Shown here: positions 14,573 through 26,383 of the stretch, one piece after another
Layout: every line of letters starts with the position of its first letter
Position numbering within the stretch: the stretch's first letter is position 1
Assembly (NCBI GenBank): GCA_963746465.1
Contig: CAVVAY010000013.1
Span: 188,934 to 252,933, forward strand
Source: an uncultured Actinomycetota bacterium
GTDB taxonomy: Bacteria; Actinomycetota; Actinomycetes; JACCUZ01
Direction of reading: 5' to 3'
Length of the DNA: 64,000 bases
Translations under genes and position numbers: made by a program
Notes under the pieces: model-generated
Databases searched by the model: none
Told to the model about the DNA's origin: nothing
What the model saw: the letters and a program-made list of their open reading frames with translations, nothing else

Positions 14573-16258
14573 TTACACCTCGACCACGAGAGGAATGATC
14601 ATCGGACGACGACGATAGGTGTCGCTGACCCACTTGCCCACTGTTCGACGCACCAGCTGTTCGAGCTGTCGCCCGTCGCCGATGCCCTCGGCGGCGGCCT
14701 TCTCCAGCGCCTCCTCGATCCGGCCGCGCACCTCGTCGAAGACGCTGTCGTCCTCGGCGAAGCCACGTGCGTGGATCTCGGGCCCGCCGGACACCTTGCC
14801 GGTCACCGAGTCGACGACGACGACGACCGAGATGAAGCCCTCGTCGCGCAGTATGCGCCGGTCCTTCAGCGACGACTCGGTCACGTCGCCGACGCTGGAG
14901 CCGTCGACGTAGACGTATCCGCAGGGCACCGCACCGACGATGGTGGCGCGGCCGTCGACCAGGTCGACCACCACGCCGTCCTCGGCGAGCACCGTGCGGT
15001 CGCGCGGCACACCGGTCAGCACCGCGAGCTCGGCGTTCGCGCGGAGGTGCCGCCACTCCCCGTGCACCGGCATCACGTTGCTCGGCCGGACGATGTTGTA
15101 GACGTAGAGCAGCTCGCCGGCCGACGCATGGCCCGAGACGTGCACCATGGCGTTCGCCTTGTGCACCACGGTGGCGCCCCACCGGGACAGCCCGTTGATC
15201 ACCCGGTACACCGGGTTCTCGTTGCCGGGGATGAGCGAAGAGGCGAGGATCACGGTGTCGCCCTCGCCGATCCGGATGACGTGGTCGCGGTTCGCGATCC
15301 GCGACAGCGCCGACATCGGCTCGCCCTGCGACCCGGTGCAGACGAGCACGATCTCGTCGTCGCGCAGGTCGTCGAGCGCCTTGACGTCGACCATCAGCTC
15401 GCCGGGCACGCGCAGGTAGCCGAGGTCGCGGGCAACTCCCATGTTGCGCACCATCGAGCGGCCGACGAAGGCGACCTTGCGCCGGTGCCGGACCGCCGTG
15501 TCGAGAACCTGCTGGACGCGGTGGACATGGCTGGCGAAGCTCGCGACGATGATCCGCTTGGTGGCCTGGCTGAAGACCTGGTCGAGCACCGGGGCGATGT
15601 CCCGCTCCGGAGTCGTGAAGCCTGGCACCTCGGCGTTCGTCGAGTCGGCGAGCAGCAGGTCGACCCCTTCGTCGCCGAGCCGGGCGAAGGCCCGAAGGTC
15701 GGTGAGCCGGCCGTCCAGCGGCAGCTGGTCCATCTTGAAGTCGCCGGTGTGCAGCAGCAGCCCGGCCGGGGTCCGGATCGCGACCGCCAGAGCATCCGGG
15801 ATCGAGTGGTTGACCGCGACGAACTCGCAGTCGAACGGACCGAACCGCTCGCGCTGCCCCTCGCGCACCTCGAGGGTGTAGGGCGTGATGCGGTGCTCCT
15901 GCAGCTTGGCCTCGACCATCGCCAGGGTCAGCCGGGACCCGATCACCGGGATGTCGGGCTTCTCGCGCAGCAGGTAGGGCACGGCCCCGATGTGGTCCTC
16001 GTGCGCGTGGGTCAGCACGATCGCGTCGATGGCGCCCAGCCGGTCCCTGATGTAGTCGAAGTCGGGCAGGATCAGGTCGACCCCGGGCTGGAAGTCCTCG
16101 GGGAACAGCACCCCGCAGTCGACGACCAGCAGCCGCCCGTCGTACTCGAAGACGGTCATGTTGCGGCCGACCTCACCCAGGCCGCCGAGGGCCACCACGC
16201 GCAGGCCGCCTTCGGGGAGCGCGGGCGGTGGCCCGAGCTCGGGGTGCGGGTGGCTCAC
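14573..16258 (-). CDS. rnj: Ribonuclease J
   Basis: ALGGLGEVGRNMT, LTHAHEDHIG, HTGDFK, DSTNA, TGSQGEPM, HVSGHA, PVHGE. GTG overlaps the dapA stop. Confidence 0.96.
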   Translation of the reverse strand: MSHPHPELGPPPALPEGGLRVVALGGLGEVGRNMTVFEYDGRLLVVDCGVLFPEDFQPGVDLILPDFDYIRDRLGAIDAIVLTHAHEDHIGAVPYLLREKPDIPVIGSRLTLAMVEAKLQEHRITPYTLEVREGQRERFGPFDCEFVAVNHSIPDALAVAIRTPAGLLLHTGDFKMDQLPLDGRLTDLRAFARLGDEGVDLLLADSTNAEVPGFTTPERDIAPVLDQVFSQATKRIIVASFASHVHRVQQVLDTAVRHRRKVAFVGRSMVRNMGVARDLGYLRVPGELMVDVKALDDLRDDEIVLVCTGSQGEPMSALSRIANRDHVIRIGEGDTVILASSLIPGNENPVYRVINGLSRWGATVVHKANAMVHVSGHASAGELLYVYNIVRPSNVMPVHGEWRHLRANAELAVLTGVPRDRTVLAEDGVVVDLVDGRATIVGAVPCGYVYVDGSSVGDVTESSLKDRRILRDEGFISVVVVVDSVTGKVSGGPEIHARGFAEDDSVFDEVRGRIEEALEKAAAEGIGDGRQLEQLVRRTVGKWVSDTYRRRPMIIPLVVEV

Positions 16259-17163
16259 CGGGCGGCCCCGAGGACCTCGCGGAGGAGGTCGACCTCGGCG
16301 TCGGAGGCGGGCAGCAGCGGCGGCCGGACCGTGCGCTCCGGGATGACGCCGAGCAGCTGGAGGGCGGCCTTGGCCCGGACGGCTCCCTGCGACGAGCGGT
16401 CCATCACGGCGCGCACCGACGGGATCAGCCGCCGGTGGATCGCCAGCGCCTCGGTCAGGTCCCGGCGGTCGACGGCGGCGACCATCGCGGCGTAGTCGTC
16501 GCCGTGCACGTGGCCCACCACGCTGACGACGCCGGTGCCGCCGTGGGTCAGCCAGGCGAGGTTGAGCGGGTCGTCGCCGGAGTAGTAGGCGAGGTCGGTG
16601 CGGTCCATCACCCGGGAGCCCTCGAAGAGGTCGCCCTTGGCGTCCTTGACCGCGAGGATGCGCTCGTGGCCGGCCAGCCGCAGCAGCGAGTCGTACTCGA
16701 TCGGCGTGCCGGTCCGTCCCGGGATGTCGTAGAGCATCACCGGCAGGCCGACGGCGTCGACGGCGGTCTCGAAGTGCCGGACCAGTGCCTCCTGGGGCGG
16801 CTTGTTGTAGTACGGCGTCACCAGCAGCAGCGCGTGCGCCCCGGCCTTCTCGGCGCTCCGGCACAGCTCGACCGTGTGGTGCGTGTCGTTGGTGCCGGCT
16901 CCGGCGACCACCCGGGCCCGGTCGCCGACCGCCTCGACGACCGCCCGGACCAGCCGCTCCTTCTCGTCGTCGCTGGTGGTCGGTGACTCCCCCGTCGTCC
17001 CGCTGATCACCAGGCCGTCGTGACCGTGGTCGACCAGGTGGGTGGCCACCCGCTGGGCGGCGTCCAGGTCGAGGGCGCCGTCGGCGCGGAACGGCGTGAC
17101 CATCGCGGTGAGGACGCGGCCGAAGGCAGCCGCGGCTGCCGGGGAGGGCGCAGTGCTGGGCAT
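16255..17163 (-). CDS. dapA: 4-hydroxy-tetrahydrodipicolinate synthase
   Basis: TAMVTPF, GTTGESPT, GAGTNDT, VTPYYNKP, LYDIPGRT, VKDAKGD, YSGDD. Confidence 0.96.
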   Translation of the reverse strand: MPSTAPSPAAAAAFGRVLTAMVTPFRADGALDLDAAQRVATHLVDHGHDGLVISGTTGESPTTSDDEKERLVRAVVEAVGDRARVVAGAGTNDTHHTVELCRSAEKAGAHALLLVTPYYNKPPQEALVRHFETAVDAVGLPVMLYDIPGRTGTPIEYDSLLRLAGHERILAVKDAKGDLFEGSRVMDRTDLAYYSGDDPLNLAWLTHGGTGVVSVVGHVHGDDYAAMVAAVDRRDLTEALAIHRRLIPSVRAVMDRSSQGAVRAKAALQLLGVIPERTVRPPLLPASDAEVDLLREVLGAAR

Positions 17164-17202
17164 GGCCTCACGCTACCGGGGCCGGCGCCGTCTGGCAGTG
17201 AG

Positions 17203-17272
17203 GGAGACCCGCCGCCGCCCGCTCGGGGGTTCGGGCAGCGACGGGGCTCCGCCCGCACATCGCCGCCCGAAC
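17203..17272 (-). ncRNA. Candidate structured RNA with C-rich loop and alternative pairings (6C-like hairpin)
   Basis: Stem CCCGUCGCUGCCCG / CGGGCGGCGGCGGG around loop AACCCCCGAG, with mismatches that become G-U pairs on the minus strand. Upstream GUUCGGGCGGCGA can pair with the same arm. TAACGT lies 5-6 nt upstream. Confidence 0.4.
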
Positions 17273-17321
17273 CAGCGACGTTACAGATCGCGACGATGTG
17301 GTGCGGATGCACAAGAAGTGA

Positions 17322-17828
17322 TCACCGGGTGTCACCGGCGTCGGCCGGCAGGTAGGTGGTCACCCGGTGGTCCAGCCCGGTCCGGGAGGACAGCCAGCCG
17401 CTGGCCGGGTCACGGCCCGCGACCCGCCAGGCCGGCCCGAGCTCCGGGGCGACGGTGTCACCCTCGAAGGGCTCGGCGAGGTCGGTGACGACCACGATGT
17501 CGGCGAAGGGCAGGGCGGCCCGGTAGACGCTGGCGCCGCCGATCACCCAGACGTCTCCCGGCTGGTCCAGGGCCTCGGCCAGCGACCCGGCCACGACCGC
17601 CCCGGGTGCCTGCCAGCCCGGCTGCCGGCTGAGCACAACGTTGCGCCGGCCGGGCAGCGGCCGCACGGCGGGTGGCAGCGAGTCCCAGGTCGCGCGGCCC
17701 ATCACGACGGTCGAGCCCAGCGTGAGCGCCTTGAACCGGGCCAGGTCCTCGGGCAGGTACCAGGGCAGGCCCCCCGCCGAGCCGATCACACCGTTCGCGG
17801 CCTGGGCCCAGACGAGCCCGACCGTCAT
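17322..17828 (-). CDS. folA: Dihydrofolate reductase
   Basis: VWAQAANGVIG..LPWYLPEDLARFKALT, VVMGRATWDSLP..RPLPGRRNVVLSR, VWVIGG. Confidence 0.95.
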   Translation of the reverse strand: MTVGLVWAQAANGVIGSAGGLPWYLPEDLARFKALTLGSTVVMGRATWDSLPPAVRPLPGRRNVVLSRQPGWQAPGAVVAGSLAEALDQPGDVWVIGGASVYRAALPFADIVVVTDLAEPFEGDTVAPELGPAWRVAGRDPASGWLSSRTGLDHRVTTYLPADAGDTR

Positions 17829-17838
17829 CGCTCTGTGG

Positions 17839-18651
17839 TCACACCGCGACCGGTGCGCGCAGGGCCGGATGGTGCTGGTAGTCCACGACCGTGACGTCGT
17901 CGTAGTCGTACTCGAACAGCGACGGAGCCCGGCGCAGCTCCAGCCGCGGGAACGGGTAGGCCTCCCGGGAGAGCTGCTCGCGGACCTGGTCGAGGTGGTT
18001 GTCGTAGATGTGGCAGTCACCGCCGGTCCAGACGAAGTCACCGACGTCGAGCCCGACCTGCTGCGCGATCATGTGGGTGAGCAGGGCGTAGCTCGCGATG
18101 TTGAACGGCACGCCGAGGAAGAGGTCGGCGCTGCGCTGGTAGAGCTGGCAGGAGAGCCGGCCGTCGGCGACGTAGAACTGGAACAGCGTGTGGCACGGCG
18201 GCAGCGCCATCTGCGGGATCTCGCCGACGTTCCAGGCCGAGACGACCATCCGCCGCGAGTGCGGGTCGGTGCGCAGGGTGTCCAGCAGGGTGCTGATCTG
18301 GTCGACGTGCTCACCACCCGGTGTCGGCCAGGCCCGCCACTGCACGCCGTACACCGGACCCAGGTCGCCGTCCGGGTCGGCCCACTCGTCCCAGATCGTC
18401 ACGCCCTTGTCCTGCAGCCAGCGGACGTTCCGTTCGCCGCGGAGGAACCACAGCAGCTCGTAGGCGATGGACCGGAAGTGCACCCGCTTGGTCGTGATCA
18501 GCGGGAAGCCGCGCTGGAGGTCGAACCGCATCTGGTGACCGAAGATGCTGCGTGACCCGGTGCCGGTGCGGTCCGGCCGGCTCGTCCCGTGCTCGAGCAC
18601 GTGCCGGAGCAGGTCTTCGTACGGGGTGTCGAGGTGCGGGTGTTCGGCCAC
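17839..18651 (-). CDS. thyA: Thymidylate synthase
   Basis: [55 protein letters not shown]. Confidence 0.97.
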   Translation of the reverse strand: MAEHPHLDTPYEDLLRHVLEHGTSRPDRTGTGSRSIFGHQMRFDLQRGFPLITTKRVHFRSIAYELLWFLRGERNVRWLQDKGVTIWDEWADPDGDLGPVYGVQWRAWPTPGGEHVDQISTLLDTLRTDPHSRRMVVSAWNVGEIPQMALPPCHTLFQFYVADGRLSCQLYQRSADLFLGVPFNIASYALLTHMIAQQVGLDVGDFVWTGGDCHIYDNHLDQVREQLSREAYPFPRLELRRAPSLFEYDYDDVTVVDYQHHPALRAPVAV

Positions 18652-18692
18652 GCCCCGATCGTAGGCCGGAGCGCTCTGGAAGGATCGCAGGC

Positions 18693-19235
18693 ATGGCCGA
18701 CGCGAGCGTGCGCCCCGCGACCCCCGAGGACGCCGACGAGCTCGCGCGGATCCAATCGGCCGTCTGGGCTGGTGTGCATGGGGGTGAGCTTCCCGACGAC
18801 CTGCTCGAGGCGGTCGGCTCGTCCGAGGCGACCGAGCGCTGGCGGACGGCGATCGCGGAGCCGCCGTCACCGCGGCATCGGGTGCTGACCGCGGTTGCCG
18901 GCGACCGGGTGGTCGGCTTCGCGGCGCTGGCCCCGGCGGCCGACCCGGACACCATCGCGAGCCTGGACGGCGAGCTGCTTGCGCTGTGCGTGGACCCGGC
19001 GGCGGCCGGGCACGGGCACGGCTCGCGGCTGGTCAACGCCGTCGCCGACGTCGCCCGGGAGGACGGCGTCCACCACCTGCACGCCTGGCTGGCTACCGCC
19101 GAGACCGACCTGCGGGCGTTCCTCGCCGGTTCCGGCTGGGCCGACGACGGCGCCACCCGCAGCCTGGACCTGCGCGGCGACGGCGCGGTGCAGGTCGAGC
19201 AGACGCGGCTGCGCACCGCGCTCGTCGACCTGTGA
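18693..19235 (+). CDS. GNAT N-acetyltransferase
   Basis: [44 protein letters not shown]. Confidence 0.8.
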   Translation: MADASVRPATPEDADELARIQSAVWAGVHGGELPDDLLEAVGSSEATERWRTAIAEPPSPRHRVLTAVAGDRVVGFAALAPAADPDTIASLDGELLALCVDPAAAGHGHGSRLVNAVADVAREDGVHHLHAWLATAETDLRAFLAGSGWADDGATRSLDLRGDGAVQVEQTRLRTALVDL

Positions 19236-19927
19236 CAGCGGACGCTGCGGCCTGGCCGGCGACCCGCGCCCAGGTCCTGCGCACCGCGCTGTCGGTCGGC
19301 GTCGCGACCGGCGCGTACGGCTTGTCGTTCGGGGCCCTCGGGGTCGCCGCCGGCCTGTCGGTGGTCCAGACCTGCGCGCTGTCGGTGCTGGTGTTCACCG
19401 GCGGCTCGCAGTTCGCCCTGGTCGGGGTGCTGGGCGGCGGGGGCTCGGCCGTGTCGGGGACGGCGTCTGCCGTGCTGCTCGGTGCCCGCAACGTGGTCTA
19501 CGGCGCCCGGCTGGCCGGGCTGCTGCGGCTGCGCGGGCTGCACCGGCTGGTCGGTGCCCAGCTGGTGATCGACGAGTCGACCGCTGTCGCGCTCGGCGCC
19601 GAGACGACCAGCGAGCGAGCCGGCCGGCTGGGGTTCTGGGCGACCGGCCTGGCGGTCTTCACGCTGTGGAACCTCGCCACCCTGATCGGTGCCGTGGCCG
19701 GCACCGGCATCGGGGATCCCCGCGACCTCGGCCTGGACGCCGCGGCCCCGGCCGCCTTCCTCGCCCTGCTGGCACCCCGACTGCGCGACCGGCCGACCTG
19801 GCTGACCGCCCTGGTGGCAGCCCTGGTCGCCGTCGCGGTGGTCCCGCTCGTCCCGGCGGGGGTGCCGGTGCTCGTCGCAGCCCTGGTGCCGGTGGTGGCC
19901 GTCCTCGCCCGGCGGCGGTCGCCATGA
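19232..19927 (+). CDS. azlC: AzlC-family branched-chain amino acid exporter
   Basis: GAYGLSFGAL, LSVLVFTGGSQFA, VIDESTA, WNLATLIG, GLDAAAPAAFLALL. Confidence 0.88.
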   Translation: MTADAAAWPATRAQVLRTALSVGVATGAYGLSFGALGVAAGLSVVQTCALSVLVFTGGSQFALVGVLGGGGSAVSGTASAVLLGARNVVYGARLAGLLRLRGLHRLVGAQLVIDESTAVALGAETTSERAGRLGFWATGLAVFTLWNLATLIGAVAGTGIGDPRDLGLDAAAPAAFLALLAPRLRDRPTWLTALVAALVAVAVVPLVPAGVPVLVAALVPVVAVLARRRSP

Positions 19928-20226
19928 CCTGGGCGGCGATCCTGGCCACGGCCGCCGGCTGCTATCTGCTCAAGGTGGCAGGCCTCTGGGTGCCCGAGCG
20001 GGTGCTCGACCATCCCGTGATGGCCCGGGTCTCGGACCTGCTGCCGGTGGCCCTGCTGGCCGCGCTGGCTGCGGTGCAGACGTTCGCGACCGGGACCACG
20101 CTCGTCCTCGACGCGCGGGTGGCCGGGGTGGCGGTGGCCGCGGTCGCCCTGCTGCTGCGCGCCCCGTTTCTCGTCGTGGTGGCCGCAGCGGCTGCCACCG
20201 CGGCGCTGCTCCGCCTGCTGACATGA
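19924..20226 (+). CDS. azlD: AzlD-family exporter subunit
   Basis: MTWAAILA..CYLLK, LLPVALLAAL, LRAPFLVVV. ATGA overlap with azlC. Confidence 0.85.
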   Translation: MTWAAILATAAGCYLLKVAGLWVPERVLDHPVMARVSDLLPVALLAALAAVQTFATGTTLVLDARVAGVAVAAVALLLRAPFLVVVAAAAATAALLRLLT

Positions 20227-20308
20227 GCTGCCACTGACTGGCAACCATCCGGGCCGCTCGATCGTCTAGGTCGTGAGGGACGCATCCGAGCACAGGACGG
20301 GGACCCGC

Positions 20309-22537
<2,229 letters not shown>

Positions 22538-22548
22538 CGACGCGAGGC

Positions 22549-24792
22549 CTAGGCCTCGACGACTGTGCTGTCGGCGGTCTCGGCTGCGGCCGGGGCGTCG
22601 GCGTTGCCGCCGTCGGCCTCGACCGGGATCAGCGAGAGCTTGCCGCGCGGGTCGATCTCGGCGATCTGCACCTGCACCTTGTCGCCGACCTTGACGACGT
22701 CCTCGACGTTGTCGACGCGCTTGCCACCGGCGAGCGCACGCAGCTTCGAGATGTGCAGCAGGCCGTCACGACCGGGCACCAGCGACACGAACGCGCCGAA
22801 GGTGGTGGTCTTGACGACCGTGCCGAGGTACCGCTCGCCGACCTCGGGCATCGTCGGGTTGGCGATGGCGTTGATCATGGCCCGGGCGGCCTCGGCCTTG
22901 GGGCCGTCGGTCGCGCCGATGTAGATCGTGCCGTCGTCCTCGATGCTGATCTCGGCGCCGGTCTCGTCCTGGATCTGGTTGATCATCTTGCCCTTGGGCC
23001 CGATGACCGCGCCGATCTGGTCGACCGGGATCTTGATGCTGATGATCCGCGGGGCGTGCGGGGACATCTCGTCCGGCGCGTCGATCGCCTCGTGCATGAC
23101 GTCGAGGATGTGGAGGCGGGCCTCCTTGGCCTGGGTGAGCGCCGAGGCGAGCACCGAGGCCGGGATGCCGTCGAGCTTGGTGTCCAGCTGGATCGCCGTG
23201 ACGAACTCGCGGGTGCCGGCGACCTTGAAGTCCATGTCGCCGAACGCGTCCTCGGCACCCAGGATGTCGGTCAGCGCCGCGTACTCGGTCTCACCGTCGA
23301 CGGTGTCGGAGATGAGGCCCATCGCGATGCCGGCGACGGGTGCCCGCAGCGGGACGCCGGCCTGCAGCAGCGACATGGTCGAGGCGCAGACCGAGCCCAT
23401 CGAGGTCGAGCCGTTGGAGCCGAGGGCCTCGGACACCTGACGGATCGCGTAGGGGAACTCCTCGCGGGCCGGCAGCACCGGCAGGATCGCCCGCTCGGCG
23501 AGCGCGCCGTGGCCGATCTCGCGGCGCTTCGGCGAGCCCACCCGGCCAGTCTCACCGGTGGAGTAGGGCGGGAAGTTGTAGTTGTGCATGTACCGCTTGC
23601 GGTTCTCCGGGTTCAGCGTGTCGATCATCTGCTCCATGCGGAGCATGTTGAGCGTGGTCACGCCGAGGATCTGGGTCTCGCCACGCTCGAACAGCGCCGA
23701 GCCGTGCACCCGCGGGAGCACCTCGACCTCGGCCGAGAGCGTGCGGATGTCGGAGAGGCCACGGCCGTCGATGCGGACCTTGTCGCGCAGGATGCGCTGC
23801 CGGACGAGCTTCTTGGTGACGGCGCGGAACGCCGCGCTGATCTCCTTCTCGCGGCCCTCGAACTGGCTGGCGAGCTTGTCCTTGGCCGCGTCCTTGATGC
23901 GGTCGAGCTCGGTCTCGCGCTCCTGCTTGGCGGCGATGGTCAGCGCGCTGGCCAGGTCGTCGGAGACGGCACCGGTGACGGCGTCGAGGACGTCGTCCTG
24001 GTAGTCGAGGAACCGGGGGAACTCGGCGGTCGGCTTGGCGGCCTTGCCGGCGAGCTCCTGCTGGGCTTCGCACAGCGCCTTGATGAACGGCTTGGCAGCC
24101 TCGAGGCCCTGGGCGACGATCTCCTCCGTGGGCGCGGTCCTGCCGTCGTCCTTGATCAGGTGCCAGGCGGCCATGGTGGCCTCGGCCTCGACCATCATGA
24201 TCGCGACGTCGTCGCCCGCGATGCGGCCGGCGACGACCATGTCGAAGACGGCCGACTCGAGCTGCTCGTGGGTCGGGAAGGCAACCCACTGGTCGTCGAT
24301 CAGGGCCACCCGGGTGGCGCCGACCGGGCCGGAGAACGGCAGGCCGGACAGCTGGGTGGAGGCCGACGCGGCGTTGATCGCGACGACGTCGTACTGGTCC
24401 TTGGGGTCCAGCGCCATGACGGTGATGACGACCTGGACCTCGTTGCGCAGGCCCTTGGCGAACGTCGGGCGCAGCGGGCGGTCGATCAGCCGGCAGGTGA
24501 GGATCGCGTCCTCGGACGGGCGGCCCTCACGGCGGAAGAACGAGCCGGGGATGCGGCCGGCGGCGTACATCCGCTCCTCGACGTCCACCGTCAGCGGGAA
24601 GAAGTCGAGCTGCTCCTTGGGGTGCTTGCCGGCCGTGGTGGCCGAGAGCAGCATCGTGTCGTCGTCGAGGTACGCGGCGACCGAGCCGGCGGCCTGCAGG
24701 GCGAGGCGCCCGGTCTCGAAGCGGACGGTGCGGGTGCCGAACGAGCCGTTGTCGATCACGGCGTCGGCGGTGTGAATGGTCTGACCCTCCAT
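22549..24792 (-). CDS. pnp: Polyribonucleotide nucleotidyltransferase
   Basis: [59 protein letters not shown] and S1 domains. Confidence 0.98.
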   Translation of the reverse strand: MEGQTIHTADAVIDNGSFGTRTVRFETGRLALQAAGSVAAYLDDDTMLLSATTAGKHPKEQLDFFPLTVDVEERMYAAGRIPGSFFRREGRPSEDAILTCRLIDRPLRPTFAKGLRNEVQVVITVMALDPKDQYDVVAINAASASTQLSGLPFSGPVGATRVALIDDQWVAFPTHEQLESAVFDMVVAGRIAGDDVAIMMVEAEATMAAWHLIKDDGRTAPTEEIVAQGLEAAKPFIKALCEAQQELAGKAAKPTAEFPRFLDYQDDVLDAVTGAVSDDLASALTIAAKQERETELDRIKDAAKDKLASQFEGREKEISAAFRAVTKKLVRQRILRDKVRIDGRGLSDIRTLSAEVEVLPRVHGSALFERGETQILGVTTLNMLRMEQMIDTLNPENRKRYMHNYNFPPYSTGETGRVGSPKRREIGHGALAERAILPVLPAREEFPYAIRQVSEALGSNGSTSMGSVCASTMSLLQAGVPLRAPVAGIAMGLISDTVDGETEYAALTDILGAEDAFGDMDFKVAGTREFVTAIQLDTKLDGIPASVLASALTQAKEARLHILDVMHEAIDAPDEMSPHAPRIISIKIPVDQIGAVIGPKGKMINQIQDETGAEISIEDDGTIYIGATDGPKAEAARAMINAIANPTMPEVGERYLGTVVKTTTFGAFVSLVPGRDGLLHISKLRALAGGKRVDNVEDVVKVGDKVQVQIAEIDPRGKLSLIPVEADGGNADAPAAAETADSTVVEA

Positions 24793-24818
24793 GGGTCACT
24801 CTCCTCTTTGTGGCAGGG

Positions 24819-24914
24819 AGAGCGGGTCGCGGCGCCGGTCTTCGATGGAAGCCTGCGGGAGGTAGACCGTCCGCGGGCCACTACCGAGGACCGGTACGCC
24901 GGGGCGAACCGCTC
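24819..24914 (-). promoter_or_regulatory. Long rpsO-pnp intergenic stem-loop (probable RNase III processing site)
   Basis: gagcgggtcgc..ccggtcttcg pairs with cgaggaccgg..gcgaaccgctc. An RNase III-cleaved hairpin is known at this position in Streptomyces. Confidence 0.6.
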
Positions 24915-24935
24915 GTCCTCGTTGGTAGTGCGGGA

Positions 24936-25205
24936 CTAGCGGCGCAGACCGAGCTTCTCGATCAGCGCGCGGTAGCGGTTGATGTCCTTCTTCGCCAGGT
25001 AGTTGAGCAGCCGGCGGCGACGGCCGACGAGCAGGAGCAGGCCACGACGCGAGTGGTGGTCGTGCTTGTGCTCCTTGAGGTGCTGGGTCAGGTCACTGAT
25101 GCGACGCGAGAGCATCGCCACCTGGACCTCGGGAGAGCCGGTGTCGGCCTCGACGCGGCCGTGGTCGGCGATGATCTGGGTCTTCGTGGCGGTGTCGAGC
25201 GGCAC
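24936..25205 (-). CDS. rpsO: 30S ribosomal protein S15
   Basis: [46 protein letters not shown]. Confidence 0.98.
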   Translation of the reverse strand: MPLDTATKTQIIADHGRVEADTGSPEVQVAMLSRRISDLTQHLKEHKHDHHSRRGLLLLVGRRRRLLNYLAKKDINRYRALIEKLGLRR

Positions 25206-25336
25206 AGTTCTCCCTGAAGGGTCTTGGGTGAGCTCCGCCCGGTATGGGTCACGCGCGGATCAGAATGGCTCACGCCGTGTTCACGGCAGTTCCCGAGGCT
25301 ACCAGCCGGGAGGGCTGGTAGCCGAATCAGCGCAGG

Positions 25337-26359
25337 TCACAGGCTGCGGTGCCGCTGCTCCTGGCCGGCCGGGCCGTACGGGTAGTCGGCGGGCTGCGGG
25401 TCGCTCACCGCGTCCAGCCGATCGGTCTCCTCCTGGCTCAGGTGCAGGCCGACCGCGGCCAGGTTGGCGGTGAGCTGGTCCGTGGTGCGCGCCCCCAGGA
25501 TCACCGACGACACCGCGGGGCGGTCGTGCACCCAGGCGAGCGCCACCGCGGCCATCGACGCCCCGCGGCTCTCGGCGACGGCCTGCACGGCCTCGACGAC
25601 GGCCCAGGTCCGCTCGCTGCCGGCCCGCTTGTCGTAGGCCTCCACGCCGCGGTCGGGGTCCTCGCCGAGCCGGGTGGCGCCGCTGGGCCGCTGGTCGCGG
25701 GTGTACTTGCCGGTCAGCCAGCCGCCCCCGAGCGGCGACCAGGGCAGCAGGCCGAGGCCGTTCTCCTGGCAGGCGGGCACGATCTCCCACTCGATCTCAC
25801 GGCCCAGCAGGTTGTACATCGGCTGGAGGGTCACCGGCCGGGGCCGGTGCAGGCGGTCGGCCAGGTCGACGGTCTTCTGCACCTGCCAGCCGCTGAAGTT
25901 CGACAGGCCGGCGTAGCGGACCTTCCCGGCGCGCACGGCGTCGTCGAAGAAGCCGAGGGTCTCCTCGACCGGCGTGAGCGGGTCCCAGGCGTGCACCTGG
26001 TACAGGTCGATGCAGTCCACCTTGAGCCGGGTCAGCGAGGCGTCCAGGGCGCGGGCCAGGTGCCGCCGGGACAGGCCGGCGTCGTTGTGGTCCTCCCCCA
26101 TCGGGAACCGGGCCTTGGTGGCGAGCACCACCCGGTCGGTCACGTCGGAGGGGCGGTCGTCCAGCCAGCGGCCGACGATCTCCTCACTGGCGCCGGCCGT
26201 GTAGACGTCGGCGGTGTCGACCAGGGTGCCGCCGGCCTCGAGGAACACGTCGAGCTGCTCGTGGCTGTGCGCCTCGTCGGTCTCGTTGCCGAAGGTCATG
26301 GTGCCCAGCGCGTAGCTGGACACTGCTGTGCCGCTCGAGCCGAGGGTGCGGTACTCCAT
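25337..26359 (-). CDS. Aldo/keto reductase
   Basis: LGTMTFG, DTADVY, SEEIVG, VLATK, IDLYQVH, GLSNF, QPMYNL, PWSPLGGGWLTGKY. Confidence 0.92.
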   Translation of the reverse strand: MEYRTLGSSGTAVSSYALGTMTFGNETDEAHSHEQLDVFLEAGGTLVDTADVYTAGASEEIVGRWLDDRPSDVTDRVVLATKARFPMGEDHNDAGLSRRHLARALDASLTRLKVDCIDLYQVHAWDPLTPVEETLGFFDDAVRAGKVRYAGLSNFSGWQVQKTVDLADRLHRPRPVTLQPMYNLLGREIEWEIVPACQENGLGLLPWSPLGGGWLTGKYTRDQRPSGATRLGEDPDRGVEAYDKRAGSERTWAVVEAVQAVAESRGASMAAVALAWVHDRPAVSSVILGARTTDQLTANLAAVGLHLSQEETDRLDAVSDPQPADYPYGPAGQEQRHRSL

Positions 26360-26383
26360 GCCCCGAGACCCTACGTACGCCGG

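Noticed and set aside
17164-17321. Canonical lysine riboswitch or Lys-rich leader peptide before dapA
   Set aside because: No L-box consensus or Lys-codon leader ORF was seen. The structure is reported separately as an unclassified candidate.
17322-18651. thyA-folA rather than thyX next to dapA
   Set aside because: thyA-folA within the dapB-dapA interval is a known arrangement in actinobacteria, for example mycobacteria.
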